Shown: in pieces, positions 41,189-50,958 of the stretch
How positions within the stretch are numbered: the stretch's first letter is position 1
Layout of the letters: the number at the start of each line of letters is the position of its first letter
Assembly (NCBI GenBank): GCA_016788485.1
Contig: JAEUSV010000091.1
Span: 138-64,137, forward strand
Source: Flavobacteriales bacterium
Lineage (GTDB): Bacteria; Bacteroidota; Bacteroidia; Flavobacteriales_F; PHOS-HE28
DNA length: 64,000 bases
Reading direction: 5' to 3'
The notes under the pieces: generated by a model
The model's input: the letters and a program-made list of their open reading frames with translations, nothing else
Told to the model about the DNA's origin: nothing
Database searches by the model: none
Position numbers and translations under genes: made by a program

Positions 41189-43801
41189 TCACTTGGGTAG
41201 TTCAAAAGTAATCAAATACGCTACCCCGGTCCCGTTCATACGCTGGATGCGGCCATCAAGTTGCCCGATGAGCGTATCCACGAGCTGAAGGCCGAGGTTC
41301 GCATCACGCTCTTCATCGAAGCCCTGCGGGAGGCCTTTTCCATTGTCGGACACCGTGATGTGCACCGTGCGCTGGTCGAGCCGGAGCCCGAGCTCGATCC
41401 GCCCTTCTCCGCCGCCGGGGAAGGCGTGCTTGAGGGCGTTGCTGATGAGCTCGTTGAGCACCAGGCCGCAGGGAATGGCCTGGTCGAGGCCCAGTTGCAC
41501 ATGCTCCAGGCGCTTCACCAGCTCCACCCGCCCGTGCAGGCTGTAGCTGTGCATGAGGTTGCGGCTCAACCCGTCGATGTAATCGGCCAGGTCGATGCTG
41601 CTGAAGTTGGTGTTCTGGTACAGGCTCTCATGGATGAACGACATGCTGCGGATGCGCCCCTGGCTTTCGCGGAGCAGCTCGAGCATGCGCGGGTCGTCGT
41701 CGACATAGCCGCCCTGGAGGTTGAGGATGCTGCTGATGATCTGCAGGTTGTTCTTCACCCGGTGATGGACCTCCTTGAGCAGCACCTCCTTCTCGTGCAG
41801 GCTCTCCAGCAGTTTTCGCTGGGCCTCCTTCTTGTCGGTGATGCCGTGGGCCAGGCAGCTCACCTCCACCACCTCCCCGTTCACGCGGATCGGGTTGAGG
41901 AAGTTCTCCACCCACAGCGGCCTGCCCGAGCGGTTGCGGAGCTCGACCTCGAACTGCTGCGGTTCGCCCCGCAAGGCGGCCCTGTAACGCTCCACGAAGG
42001 GCTCGTAGCGCGCATCGGCCACCCGCCCCATCATGGCCGCGATGAAATCGTCCCCCATGCGCACCTCTAGCTCCATGCCGCGCAGCAAGGACTGTTGGAA
42101 GTGCTCGTTCATGGAGGTGATCCGGAATCCGCGGTCGAGCGTCCAGATCATCATGTTCGCACTGCTCTCGAAGATGGCCTGCAGGCGGGCGGTCTGCTCG
42201 CGCACCATTTCCTCGGCCTCCTTCTGCTCGGTGACCTCGTGGCCGACACCGAAGACCTCGGTGACCCGGCCCTGCGCATCGAACACGGGGCTCAGGAAGA
42301 TCTCATTGCACACACGCTCGCCCCGTTGGTCGCGCAGGTCGGTCTCGAAGCGCAGGGCACGGCCGCTGAAGGCCTCGGCGTACTTGGCCTCCCAGAAACC
42401 GTGGTACGAATCGCTCGCGAAGCGCTTACGCGGCTGGTCCAGGTCGGTGTTCACCTCGGGCCGCACGCCATGCAAGCGCTCGATCATGTCCGCATAGCCC
42501 TTGTTGAAGCTGGTGAGCGCCACACGGTGATCGACGGTCCAGAACATGTGGTCGCCGCTTTCGAAGAGCGCACGCAGCTTGGCCTCCTGCTTGCGTGCAC
42601 TGGCCTGTGCCTCCACCATGCCTGTGATGTCGCGGAAGATGCTGCGTGTGGCCACGGCACGACCGTCGACGACACGCACCGAGCTGCTGCCTTCCACGTG
42701 CACCACACGACCATCGCGCGCCACGAAACGCGCCCGGATGGGACCGGGTTCCTGCCCCCCAAGCAGCTGTCCCCGCCACACCATGTATCGCTCCAGGTCC
42801 TCGGGATGCACCACATCGCGCAGGTGCAGCGATAGCACCTCCTTCTTCTCGCGACCGAGCGTGCTGCACCACATGGCGTTCGCGTACTGGAACATGCCAC
42901 CTTCATCAACGCTCTGGATGAGGTCGGTGGCGTTCTCGAACAGGTCGCGATAACGCTCTTCGCTCGCCCTGAGCGCTTCCTCGTCGCGGCGGGCCCTTGT
43001 GATGTCGCGGCTCACGCCCATGCTCCCGAGCAGCACACCATCCTCGTCGTACTGGCGCGATGCCGTGAGGAAGGAGGTGAAGACTTCGCCGTTGCGGTCG
43101 ATGTTGCGGACATCACCGGCGAAGGCCCCGTGTGCGTCGAGCTCGCGCTTGATGCGCAGGTGCTCATCGGTGCCGGCGTAGAGCGTGCTGGCCGGCCGGC
43201 CGAGCACATCCTCCGGCTCGTAACCGAAGCGGACGCTGGCCGCCGGATTGAACTCGGTGATGAGCCCATCGCGGTCCACGGCGATGATCATGTCCAGCGA
43301 ACTGTCGATGAGGCTTCGTGCGAACCGGCGGCTTCTCCGCAGCTCATCCTGCGTGCGCCGGTGCTCCTGGATCTCCGAACGCAATACCCGGTTGATCTCC
43401 TCGGCCATCCTGGACCGGGTACGCTCCTCCCGCAGGGAGGCATCGTCAGCCTCCTCCCTCACCAGCCACTGGACCACATCCTTCCCCGCCAGCGCCAAGG
43501 GAACACTGGTGATCCGCACCGGCCGGCCTTGTACGAACGAAGCTGTTTCCACCTGCGCATCGACCGCACCAGCGACCCGCTGGGCCAGTTCGCCGAAGGA
43601 AGGGTCCGTGAACAGGTCCGCCAAGCGAGCACCGGTAAGGTCCGTTCCACCGGATAGCGCGGTGAAAGCATTGTTCTGCAGGAGCACGCGGCCTTGTGCC
43701 ACCACCAGCACCGCATCATGCACCGGTGCAAGGGCGTACCGAAGCAGCTCCAGCCAGGCCTGTCCGGTCGTTCCGGTGATCTCCATGCCTTGGTCAACCA
43801 C
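41189..43801 (-). CDS. multi-PAS sensor histidine kinase (HisKA_2/HWE-type)
   Basis: It has repeated PAS modules. The phospho-acceptor box is EVHHRVKNNLQIISSILNLQ, and the C-terminus has a HATPase (NELISNALKHAF...DNGKGLP). Confidence 0.9.
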   Translation of the reverse strand: MVDQGMEITGTTGQAWLELLRYALAPVHDAVLVVAQGRVLLQNNAFTALSGGTDLTGARLADLFTDPSFGELAQRVAGAVDAQVETASFVQGRPVRITSVPLALAGKDVVQWLVREEADDASLREERTRSRMAEEINRVLRSEIQEHRRTQDELRRSRRFARSLIDSSLDMIIAVDRDGLITEFNPAASVRFGYEPEDVLGRPASTLYAGTDEHLRIKRELDAHGAFAGDVRNIDRNGEVFTSFLTASRQYDEDGVLLGSMGVSRDITRARRDEEALRASEERYRDLFENATDLIQSVDEGGMFQYANAMWCSTLGREKKEVLSLHLRDVVHPEDLERYMVWRGQLLGGQEPGPIRARFVARDGRVVHVEGSSSVRVVDGRAVATRSIFRDITGMVEAQASARKQEAKLRALFESGDHMFWTVDHRVALTSFNKGYADMIERLHGVRPEVNTDLDQPRKRFASDSYHGFWEAKYAEAFSGRALRFETDLRDQRGERVCNEIFLSPVFDAQGRVTEVFGVGHEVTEQKEAEEMVREQTARLQAIFESSANMMIWTLDRGFRITSMNEHFQQSLLRGMELEVRMGDDFIAAMMGRVADARYEPFVERYRAALRGEPQQFEVELRNRSGRPLWVENFLNPIRVNGEVVEVSCLAHGITDKKEAQRKLLESLHEKEVLLKEVHHRVKNNLQIISSILNLQGGYVDDDPRMLELLRESQGRIRSMSFIHESLYQNTNFSSIDLADYIDGLSRNLMHSYSLHGRVELVKRLEHVQLGLDQAIPCGLVLNELISNALKHAFPGGGEGRIELGLRLDQRTVHITVSDNGKGLPQGFDEERDANLGLQLVDTLIGQLDGRIQRMNGTGVAYLITFELPK

Positions 43802-43833
43802 GGGCCGAACTTAACCCGCGGATCGCACCATTG

Positions 43834-45441
43834 TCAGGGCTGCTCGTCCTCCCCCCCGCCGGGCTCGTAGGGGGGCGGCACCTTTTCCCCATCGATGCGC
43901 ACCTCGTGGTCGTCCTTGTAGCGGATGGTGATCGTGGGGTTGCCGTTCACATCGAACCAGGTGAAATCGCCCTGGCGCAGGCCCATGCTGTAGGTGCCCT
44001 GGGCCATCAACCCCCCTTCGGACCAGTACCAGCGGTGCCGGCCATCAGGCTCACCGTTCACATAGGTGCCCGTGAAGCTCTTGCGGCCATTGTCGTAGGT
44101 ATGCACCCACGGACCATCCTTCAATCCGTCCTTGTAGGATCCCTCTTCGCGGTGATCGCCGACGTGGTACACCCACTTCCCATCGCGCAACCCATCGATG
44201 TACTCGCCCTGGGTGATCACATTGCCGGTGTCATCGTACTCCACGGAGGCACCATCCTCCTTCCCCTTGCGGTAGTTCTCCTCGCGGTGACGGGCACCGT
44301 TCTCGTAGTACCAGACCCATAGGCCCTGCGCCTGACCGTTCTGGTAGCGTCCCTTCTGCTCAACGGCCCCACTGCGGTGGAAATAGGTCCAATCACCCTC
44401 GCGTCGGCCCGCCTTGTACTCGCCCTCTGCCCGTTTCTCGCCGGTGTTGTAATACTCCGTCCATCGACCTTCCAAGGCGCCCTGTTCGTTCACGGAACCC
44501 TCGCTCATGCGCTTGTCGCCCTGGTAGATCGCCGCGCCACTGACGCGTCCCTGCTCATCGTAGTAGCGGAACAGGCCCTCCTTGCGACCGTCGGCGGAAT
44601 AACTGCCAAGGCTGCTCACCTTGCCGTTGGCGTGGTAGGTGTTGCGGATCTTCAACAGCACCGTCTCCTGCGCACCGACCTGAACCTGGTCCTGATCATA
44701 CTTCACCATGTTCTTCAGGTTGCCGGTGGCGTCGTACTCCTTGAAGATGCCCTGGCGCTTGTCATCCACGAAGCTCCCCTCCCACTTGATCTTCCCGTTG
44801 GGATGGAACTCCTTCCACAGCCCCTGCCGGAGGCCGGCCTTATCGCGCCGGTTGATCTCCTCGCGCCGCTGCAGCACGCCTGCGCGATAGGTGATGATGG
44901 AGATCAACCTCCCGTCGGTCGCGTACTCGAAAGCCTTGCCGTCCTCCCGCCCATCCTTGAACGGAACCACTTTCTCGACGGTGCCATCAGGGTGGAAGAA
45001 CCGGGTATCGCCCTGTTTCAGGTCGTTCACAAAGAGCTCCTCGGAGACGAGCACCCCGCTGGTGTCGTACTTGCGTAGCGCGCCGTTCTTGCGATCATCA
45101 CGGTACTCGATCGTGGAACGCAGCATCCCCTCGGGGCCATAGAACCGCCACACGCTGTCCAGCTTGTGGTCCAGGCGGTTGCCTTCGCTCTTGAGCACGC
45201 CGTTCTCATGGTAGGCTTTCCAATAACCCTCGGGTCTGCCGTTCGCCAGGTAGCCTTCGCTGGCCACCTTTCCGTTGGGGTGAAAGTACTGCTTGAACCC
45301 GTCCTCGCCCTGCGCCAACACACCCACTGGGAGCATGCTCAACACACAGAACATGCATTGAATGATGTTCTTTAAAAGAAGGTGTTGATATGATAAGGGC
45401 TGTTGATCGTGTTGATGATCGGCCCGTGCGGTGCTTGACAT
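43834..45441 (-). CDS. MORN-repeat-variant / YwqK-like repeat protein
   Basis: It has about 20 tandem G.W..Y..NG....EG.Y..G...G repeats. The alternative start at 45354 would begin directly with a signal peptide (MFCVLSMLPVGVLAQ). Confidence 0.8.
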   Translation of the reverse strand: MSSTARADHQHDQQPLSYQHLLLKNIIQCMFCVLSMLPVGVLAQGEDGFKQYFHPNGKVASEGYLANGRPEGYWKAYHENGVLKSEGNRLDHKLDSVWRFYGPEGMLRSTIEYRDDRKNGALRKYDTSGVLVSEELFVNDLKQGDTRFFHPDGTVEKVVPFKDGREDGKAFEYATDGRLISIITYRAGVLQRREEINRRDKAGLRQGLWKEFHPNGKIKWEGSFVDDKRQGIFKEYDATGNLKNMVKYDQDQVQVGAQETVLLKIRNTYHANGKVSSLGSYSADGRKEGLFRYYDEQGRVSGAAIYQGDKRMSEGSVNEQGALEGRWTEYYNTGEKRAEGEYKAGRREGDWTYFHRSGAVEQKGRYQNGQAQGLWVWYYENGARHREENYRKGKEDGASVEYDDTGNVITQGEYIDGLRDGKWVYHVGDHREEGSYKDGLKDGPWVHTYDNGRKSFTGTYVNGEPDGRHRWYWSEGGLMAQGTYSMGLRQGDFTWFDVNGNPTITIRYKDDHEVRIDGEKVPPPYEPGGGEDEQP

Positions 45442-45451
45442 TGTGGGATAT

Positions 45452-45459
45452 CAAAAGTA
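45452..45459 (-). promoter_or_regulatory. candidate -7 box (TACTTTTG on the minus strand)
   Basis: 10 nt upstream of the ATG at 45441. Confidence 0.35.
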
Positions 45460-45768
45460 CTCAACGTGTTGTCAACGATCGGTGATATCCGTGGAGTACA
45501 ACAAGGACCGGATGAAGCTGGATTACGACCGGTCGATCCCACGATCGTGGATGCACAGGCTGGTGGGTCGTGGTGCATAGTTCGAGGTACCCATGCACCG
45601 CTCCCGATCGTTCGATCCCCGTGGGAATTTGCTGATGATGGATCCTTGTCCGGATCGGCCGATCGATCAAGGGAAGAGGACATGGATCGGAGCCCGATGC
45701 ATCATCAATAGTTATCCACGGGAAAACACAGTGATCAACGATCGGCCGGTTGGATCCGTTGACGGGGG

Positions 45769-45776
45769 TATCTTTG
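45769..45776 (+). promoter_or_regulatory. candidate -7 box (TATCTTTG)
   Basis: 37 nt upstream of the rpiB ATG at 45814. Confidence 0.4.
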
Positions 45777-45813
45777 AAGCGCGAAAGCCGCTGAAGGCTT
45801 GGCACTTGTGCGA

Positions 45814-46260
45814 ATGCGGATCTCGATCGGAAGCGACCACGCTGGCGTGGACCTGAAGCATGTGGTGAAGGACCACCTGAAGGCGGCCGGCCACGACGTG
45901 AAGGATGAAGGCACCCACGTGCGCGACAGTGTGGACTACCCTGACTTCGCGCATGCAGTGGCCCGTACCGTGGCCGGGCATGGCAGTGACCTCGGCATCG
46001 TGATCTGCGGCAGCGGGAACGGTGTCAACATCACCGCGAACAAGCATGCGGGTGTACGCGGTGCGCTCGCATGGAACGCGGAGGTGGCCGCACTCGCCCG
46101 GCAGCACAACGATGCCAACGTGCTGGCCCTTCCTGCACGGTTCATCGGCGTGGAGGAGGCCCTGGCCATCGTGGACGCCTTCCTGGCCGCCACCTTTGAA
46201 GGGGGGCGTCACGCCCGCCGTGTCGAGAAGATCGAGCCGGCCGGGGCGTCGAACCATTGA
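45814..46260 (+). CDS. rpiB: ribose-5-phosphate isomerase B
   Basis: MRISIGSDHAG..LK, GIVICGSGNG, NKH.GVR.A, ND.NVL.L..R. Confidence 0.95.
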   Translation: MRISIGSDHAGVDLKHVVKDHLKAAGHDVKDEGTHVRDSVDYPDFAHAVARTVAGHGSDLGIVICGSGNGVNITANKHAGVRGALAWNAEVAALARQHNDANVLALPARFIGVEEALAIVDAFLAATFEGGRHARRVEKIEPAGASNH

Positions 46261-46265
46261 CGTGC

Positions 46266-47840
46266 ATGCGAACCATCGTTCATCTCCGCAGCTTCGTGCT
46301 GCTCACCATCGTCCTGTGCAGCTGGCAGTTGCAGGCCCAGCGCGATACGCTGGTCGACCATTACCTGCGTACCATCACCCAGGCCGACCTGCGGCAGCAC
46401 CTGGAGGTGCTCGCCAGCGATGCCTATGAAGGACGCGAGACCGGCTTCAAGGGGCAGAAGATGGCAGCCGAGTACCTGCGAGGCTCCTTCAGCTCCTTCG
46501 GCATTGGACCGGTGCCACAATGGGAGCAGCGGGGGCTGCTGAGCCCCGGGTACGAGCAACCCTTCCACGTGGTGCTCACACGTCCCGGCGGCATCCAGCT
46601 CACCGTGGACGGAACGCCGGCCGTCTTCATGGAGGACCAGTTCTATTTCAGCGAGAAGGTCCGGGGAGAGCTGACGGCCAGCGAAGTGATGTACATGGGC
46701 GATGGGCTGGTGGCCCGGAAAGGGGATCCGTACAAGCTGGTGGATGCGAAGGGCAGGGTGGTGCTGGCCATGGCACCGGCCGTGACCGGGGATGATGGGG
46801 CGAGCGCGTTCTTCACGGCCATGTCCTTGCGGGCCATGGCGGCCAAGCGGGCTGGTGTGAAGGTGTTGCTGCTGGCCACACCCGATGCGGACCGACTGAT
46901 GAAGGAGATGGGCCATTACATCGGTTCATCGCGCATGCGGTTGAAGGAGGCGGCCAAGGAGGAGGCTCCTGCCGCGGACCTGCAGGTGGTGGTGATCGAC
47001 GAAGGCGTGGCCACGCGGATCCTGGCCAAAGGCGGCATCACCTGGAAGAAAGCGATCAAGGGGAAGGTGAAGGAGGGCACCCTGCTCCCCTGCCCCATCA
47101 CGCTTCAGTACAAGCCCAACGAGCAGGAGCTCCAGGCCGAGAACGTGCTCGGCTATGTCGAGGGCACGGACCTGAAGGATGAGCTGGTGGTGGTGACCGC
47201 CCACTACGACCATATCGGGATGGAAGGTGGCGAGGTCTACAACGGTGCCGATGATGATGGCTCGGGCACCGTGGCCTTGCTGGAGATGGCGCAGGCCTTC
47301 GCCAAGGCGCGAGCGAGCGGCCATGGTCCTCGCCGCAGCGTGCTCTTCATGCCGGTATCGGGCGAAGAGAAGGGTCTGCTGGGATCGGAGCACTACAGCG
47401 AGCATCCGGTGTTCCCGCTCGAGAACACCGTGGCCGACCTCAACATCGACATGATCGGACGCTTCGACACCGCGCACAAGGATGCGAAGCCCTATGTGTA
47501 CATCATCGGAAGTGACCGCATCAGCACGGAGCTCCATCGGATCAACGAGGAGGTGAACAGCACTCACGTGGGGCTTGAACTGGATTACACCTTCAACGCC
47601 GCCAACGATCCCAACCGGTTCTACTACCGCAGCGATCACTACAATTTCGCCCGCAAGGGAGTGCCGGTGATCTTCTACTTCAGCGGCGTGCACGATGATT
47701 ATCACCAACCCGGGGACGAGGTGGACAAGATCCGCTTCGACCTGCTCGAACAGCGTACGAAACTGGTGTTCGCCACGGCATGGGAGCTGGCCAACCGCCC
47801 CACGCGCATCGTGGTGGACAAGCCGGTGAAGAAGGAGTGA
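46266..47840 (+). CDS. M28-family peptidase with PA domain, secreted
   Basis: NVLGYVEG...VVVTAHYDH, GADDDGSGT, SGEEKGLLGS, SDHYNF. Confidence 0.85.
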   Translation: MRTIVHLRSFVLLTIVLCSWQLQAQRDTLVDHYLRTITQADLRQHLEVLASDAYEGRETGFKGQKMAAEYLRGSFSSFGIGPVPQWEQRGLLSPGYEQPFHVVLTRPGGIQLTVDGTPAVFMEDQFYFSEKVRGELTASEVMYMGDGLVARKGDPYKLVDAKGRVVLAMAPAVTGDDGASAFFTAMSLRAMAAKRAGVKVLLLATPDADRLMKEMGHYIGSSRMRLKEAAKEEAPAADLQVVVIDEGVATRILAKGGITWKKAIKGKVKEGTLLPCPITLQYKPNEQELQAENVLGYVEGTDLKDELVVVTAHYDHIGMEGGEVYNGADDDGSGTVALLEMAQAFAKARASGHGPRRSVLFMPVSGEEKGLLGSEHYSEHPVFPLENTVADLNIDMIGRFDTAHKDAKPYVYIIGSDRISTELHRINEEVNSTHVGLELDYTFNAANDPNRFYYRSDHYNFARKGVPVIFYFSGVHDDYHQPGDEVDKIRFDLLEQRTKLVFATAWELANRPTRIVVDKPVKKE

Positions 47841-49094
47841 TCAGCCCGCCTCTCCCACGGGCTCCTCGAGCAATTGGAGGATGAAGTCCTCCAGGCTCCG
47901 CTTGAAGTGCTGGTAGTGCTCCCCGGTGCCAGGGCCATAGAACCCTGTGCGGATCCGGCGGACCTTGCCCGACCTGTCGATCAGGATGCAGGTGGGGTAG
48001 CTCATCAGGTGGTCCAGGAAGGGCAGTTGCTGGGCGGTGTTCTCCTTGCTCGCCTGGCCGGCATAAGCGATCGGGTAGCGCACACCGAGCTCATCGCGGA
48101 AGCGACGTAGTGCCTGCAGGGCCTTCTCGTCCTCCTCGTACTTCTCGAAGGCGATGGCCATCACTTCCAGGCCGCGGTCGTTGTACTTGGTATACAGCTC
48201 GTTAAGGAGCACGGTCTCATCCACACAGTTGGGGCACCAGCTGCCCATCACCTGCACCAGCAAGGGGCGCCCGTTGTTGCGTGGTCCCGCCGGTGACGCC
48301 TTGCCCCCGTCGATCGTGGGCATCTCGAAGTCGATCATCTCATGGCCCTCCTTCAGGAAGGTCAGGGAATCGGGGTTTCTGAGCTGGAAGCCGGGGTTGC
48401 GCACCGCGATCCAGGGCTCTGTCCAGTGGATCCCGCTCCAATAGCGACCGATCAGGCTGTCGTTGCGCAGCGCCGCGGTGAACAGGAAGGCGTGGGAGCC
48501 GTCGAAGGCGGAGAGCTTCAGCGAATCACCGTCCACCACCCCTTCCAGGAAGCGGTAATCGCCCGTTTCAGTGCCGAAGGTCCCGGTGACCGTGCCGCCG
48601 TGCTGTTCAAAGATGCCGATGGCGGAATAGGCATCCTCGGTGCCTGCACTGAAATGGGCCTCCCAATGGCCGCTTAGATCGCTCCGTTCGGCTGCGCCGG
48701 ACGTGGCGAATCGTGGCGACGGGTCCGTCCGTGCCGTGAACGGGATGCGGTAGTCAGGGCCTTTGAGGTAGTTGACCCAATGACCGGTAAGGACGCTGTC
48801 GCCCTGACGCAAGGCCATGAACTCCGAGTCGAACAGGGGCATGCGGATGCGCACCGAATCACCGTTGACATGCACGTCACGCACCTCGATGCGCTCCTCG
48901 CCGTTGTGGATCACCAGGCGGAAGGCGGAGCTGTCCTTCACGACCTCGAACTGGACCGGAAGTGCGTGGCCCTTGAGGTCCAGGACTAGGCGCCAGGCGC
49001 CGGTGCGAAGGGTGCTTTCCCGCACCGGGCGCGGAGCCTGGCCGCAGGCACCCAGGAACAAGGCGATGACAAGTCCGATGGTCGCGGGCCTCAT
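47841..49094 (-). CDS. TlpA-family thiol:disulfide oxidoreductase lipoprotein with a large N-terminal domain
   Basis: Lipobox LFLGAC. The C-terminal thioredoxin fold carries WCPNC. Confidence 0.8.
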   Translation of the reverse strand: MRPATIGLVIALFLGACGQAPRPVRESTLRTGAWRLVLDLKGHALPVQFEVVKDSSAFRLVIHNGEERIEVRDVHVNGDSVRIRMPLFDSEFMALRQGDSVLTGHWVNYLKGPDYRIPFTARTDPSPRFATSGAAERSDLSGHWEAHFSAGTEDAYSAIGIFEQHGGTVTGTFGTETGDYRFLEGVVDGDSLKLSAFDGSHAFLFTAALRNDSLIGRYWSGIHWTEPWIAVRNPGFQLRNPDSLTFLKEGHEMIDFEMPTIDGGKASPAGPRNNGRPLLVQVMGSWCPNCVDETVLLNELYTKYNDRGLEVMAIAFEKYEEDEKALQALRRFRDELGVRYPIAYAGQASKENTAQQLPFLDHLMSYPTCILIDRSGKVRRIRTGFYGPGTGEHYQHFKRSLEDFILQLLEEPVGEAG

Positions 49095-49153
49095 GGGAAC
49101 GTGCAAGATATCCGTTGGCACCGAACGCACGAAGCGCGGGTGCCAAGCCAGCG

Positions 49154-50716
49154 TCACAGATCGAACTTGATGCCTTGGGCGAGCGGCAGCTTCGTGCCGT
49201 AATTGATCGTGTTGGTCTGGCGGCGCATGTAGGCCTTCCACGCGTCGCTTCCGCTCTCGCGGCCGCCGCCGGTCTCCTTCTCGCCGCCGAAGGCGCCCCC
49301 GATCTCGGCGCCGCTGGTGCCGATGTTCACGTTCGCGATGCCGCAATCGCTGCCCGCGGCACACAGGAAACGTTCCGCTTCACGCAGGTCGAGCGTCATG
49401 ATCGCGCTGCTCAGCCCTTGCTTCACGTTGTTCTGGATGGCGATGGCCTCGTGCACATCACCGCTGTAACGAAGCAGGTACAGGATCGGCGCGAAGGTCT
49501 CTTCCTGCACGATGGCCATGTCGGGCGTGGCCTCGACCACGGCGGGTTTCACGTAGCAACCGCTCTCGAATCCTGCGCCATTGAGAACGCCGCCTTCGAC
49601 GAGGATGCGTCCGCCCTGTTGCTTCGCGGCCTGCAGGGCGTGCTCGTACATGCGAACGGCCGCAGTGTCGATCAGCGGGCCCACGTGGTTCTGCTCGTTC
49701 AACGGGTCGCCGATGCGCAGCTGCTTGTAGGCGTTCACGAGCTTCTGTTTGAACGCATCGTACACCTTGTCGTGGATGATCAGGCGGCGCGTACTGGTGC
49801 AGCGCTGGCCGGCGGTGCCGACCGCACCGAACACACAACCGATCAGGGCCATGTCCAGGTCGGCCTTGTCGCTGATGATGATGGCGTTGTTGCCGCCGAG
49901 CTCCAGCAAGGAGCGACCGAGACGCTCGCCGACCGCCGCGCCCACGGCCTTGCCCATGCGGGTGCTGCCCGTGGCGCTCACCAGGGGGATGCGGCCATCT
50001 TGGCTCATCCACTCCCCTACCTCGCGGCCGCCGTTGACGATGCAGCTGACGCCTTCGGGCACGCCGTTGCGCTTGAACACCTCGGCCGTGATGTGCTGGC
50101 AGGCGATGCTGCATAGCGGGGTCTTTTCACTGGGCTTCCACAGCGTTACATCGCCACAGACCCAGGCCAGCGCGGTGTTCCAGCTCCATACGGCCACCGG
50201 GAAGTTGAAGGCGGTGATCACGCCCACCAGGCCGAACGGATGCCACTGCTCGTACATGCGGTGATCGGGACGCTCGCTGTGCATCGTGAGACCATGCAGT
50301 TGCCGGCTAAGACCCACGGCGAAGTCGCAGATGTCGATCATCTCCTGCACCTCACCGAGGCCCTCCTGGTAGCTCTTGCCCATTTCGTAGCTCACGAGCT
50401 TGCCCAGGTCGGCCTTGTGCTTCCGCAGCTCTTCGCCCAGCTGGCGGACCACCTCCCCGCGCTTGGGGGCGGGCCATGCGCGCCATTCAGCGAAACCCCG
50501 CTGTGCGGTCGCGATGACCTGTTCGTACTCGCTCTTATCGGCGGATCGGACCGCACCGATCAATGCCCCGTCCACGGGGCTGTGGCTTTCCAGCACCGCA
50601 CCCGAACCCTCCAACCAGACCTGCCCAGTGGAAACACCGCTGTTGGTCTCGTTCACCCCGAGGTTCCGTAGGATCTCGGTCAGGCGGCCCGGTGCCGCGG
50701 TCAAGGTCGTGCTCAT
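49154..50716 (-). CDS. aldehyde dehydrogenase, ALDH7 / piperideine-6-carboxylate dehydrogenase-like
   Basis: FNFPVAVWSWN, WKPSEKTPL, LELGGNNA, and the catalytic GQRCT motif. The N-terminal region resembles antiquitin-type enzymes. Confidence 0.85.
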   Translation of the reverse strand: MSTTLTAAPGRLTEILRNLGVNETNSGVSTGQVWLEGSGAVLESHSPVDGALIGAVRSADKSEYEQVIATAQRGFAEWRAWPAPKRGEVVRQLGEELRKHKADLGKLVSYEMGKSYQEGLGEVQEMIDICDFAVGLSRQLHGLTMHSERPDHRMYEQWHPFGLVGVITAFNFPVAVWSWNTALAWVCGDVTLWKPSEKTPLCSIACQHITAEVFKRNGVPEGVSCIVNGGREVGEWMSQDGRIPLVSATGSTRMGKAVGAAVGERLGRSLLELGGNNAIIISDKADLDMALIGCVFGAVGTAGQRCTSTRRLIIHDKVYDAFKQKLVNAYKQLRIGDPLNEQNHVGPLIDTAAVRMYEHALQAAKQQGGRILVEGGVLNGAGFESGCYVKPAVVEATPDMAIVQEETFAPILYLLRYSGDVHEAIAIQNNVKQGLSSAIMTLDLREAERFLCAAGSDCGIANVNIGTSGAEIGGAFGGEKETGGGRESGSDAWKAYMRRQTNTINYGTKLPLAQGIKFDL

Positions 50717-50733
50717 GCGTTTGGAATGGACCG

Positions 50734-50741
50734 CAAAAGTA
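50734..50741 (-). promoter_or_regulatory. candidate -7 box (TACTTTTG on the minus strand)
   Basis: 17 nt upstream of the ALDH ATG. Confidence 0.4.
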
Positions 50742-50958
50742 AGACCGACCGAACGGGGGCCGATATGGCGCACAACGTCTTCAGGAGGGGTTGCACGGCG
50801 TGTATGGACGCCCCGACCCCTTTGGAATCATAATCAACTGATAATCAGCACAATATGAATGGCCTCTAATTTCTTTGGAGCTGCGTTTGCTGCGCGCCGG
50901 AGGGGTGGAGTACTGCCCGGAGTGGGTTAGGCGCTCTGGGGGCTGAATAACGGCCTTC

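Noticed and set aside
45372-45856. Four ORFs of 81-114 aa within the GATC-rich intergenic region.
   Set aside because: They overlap one another in different frames and have odd compositions rich in His, Pro, Asp and Arg. They carry no motifs and sit on top of repeat and promoter-like DNA.
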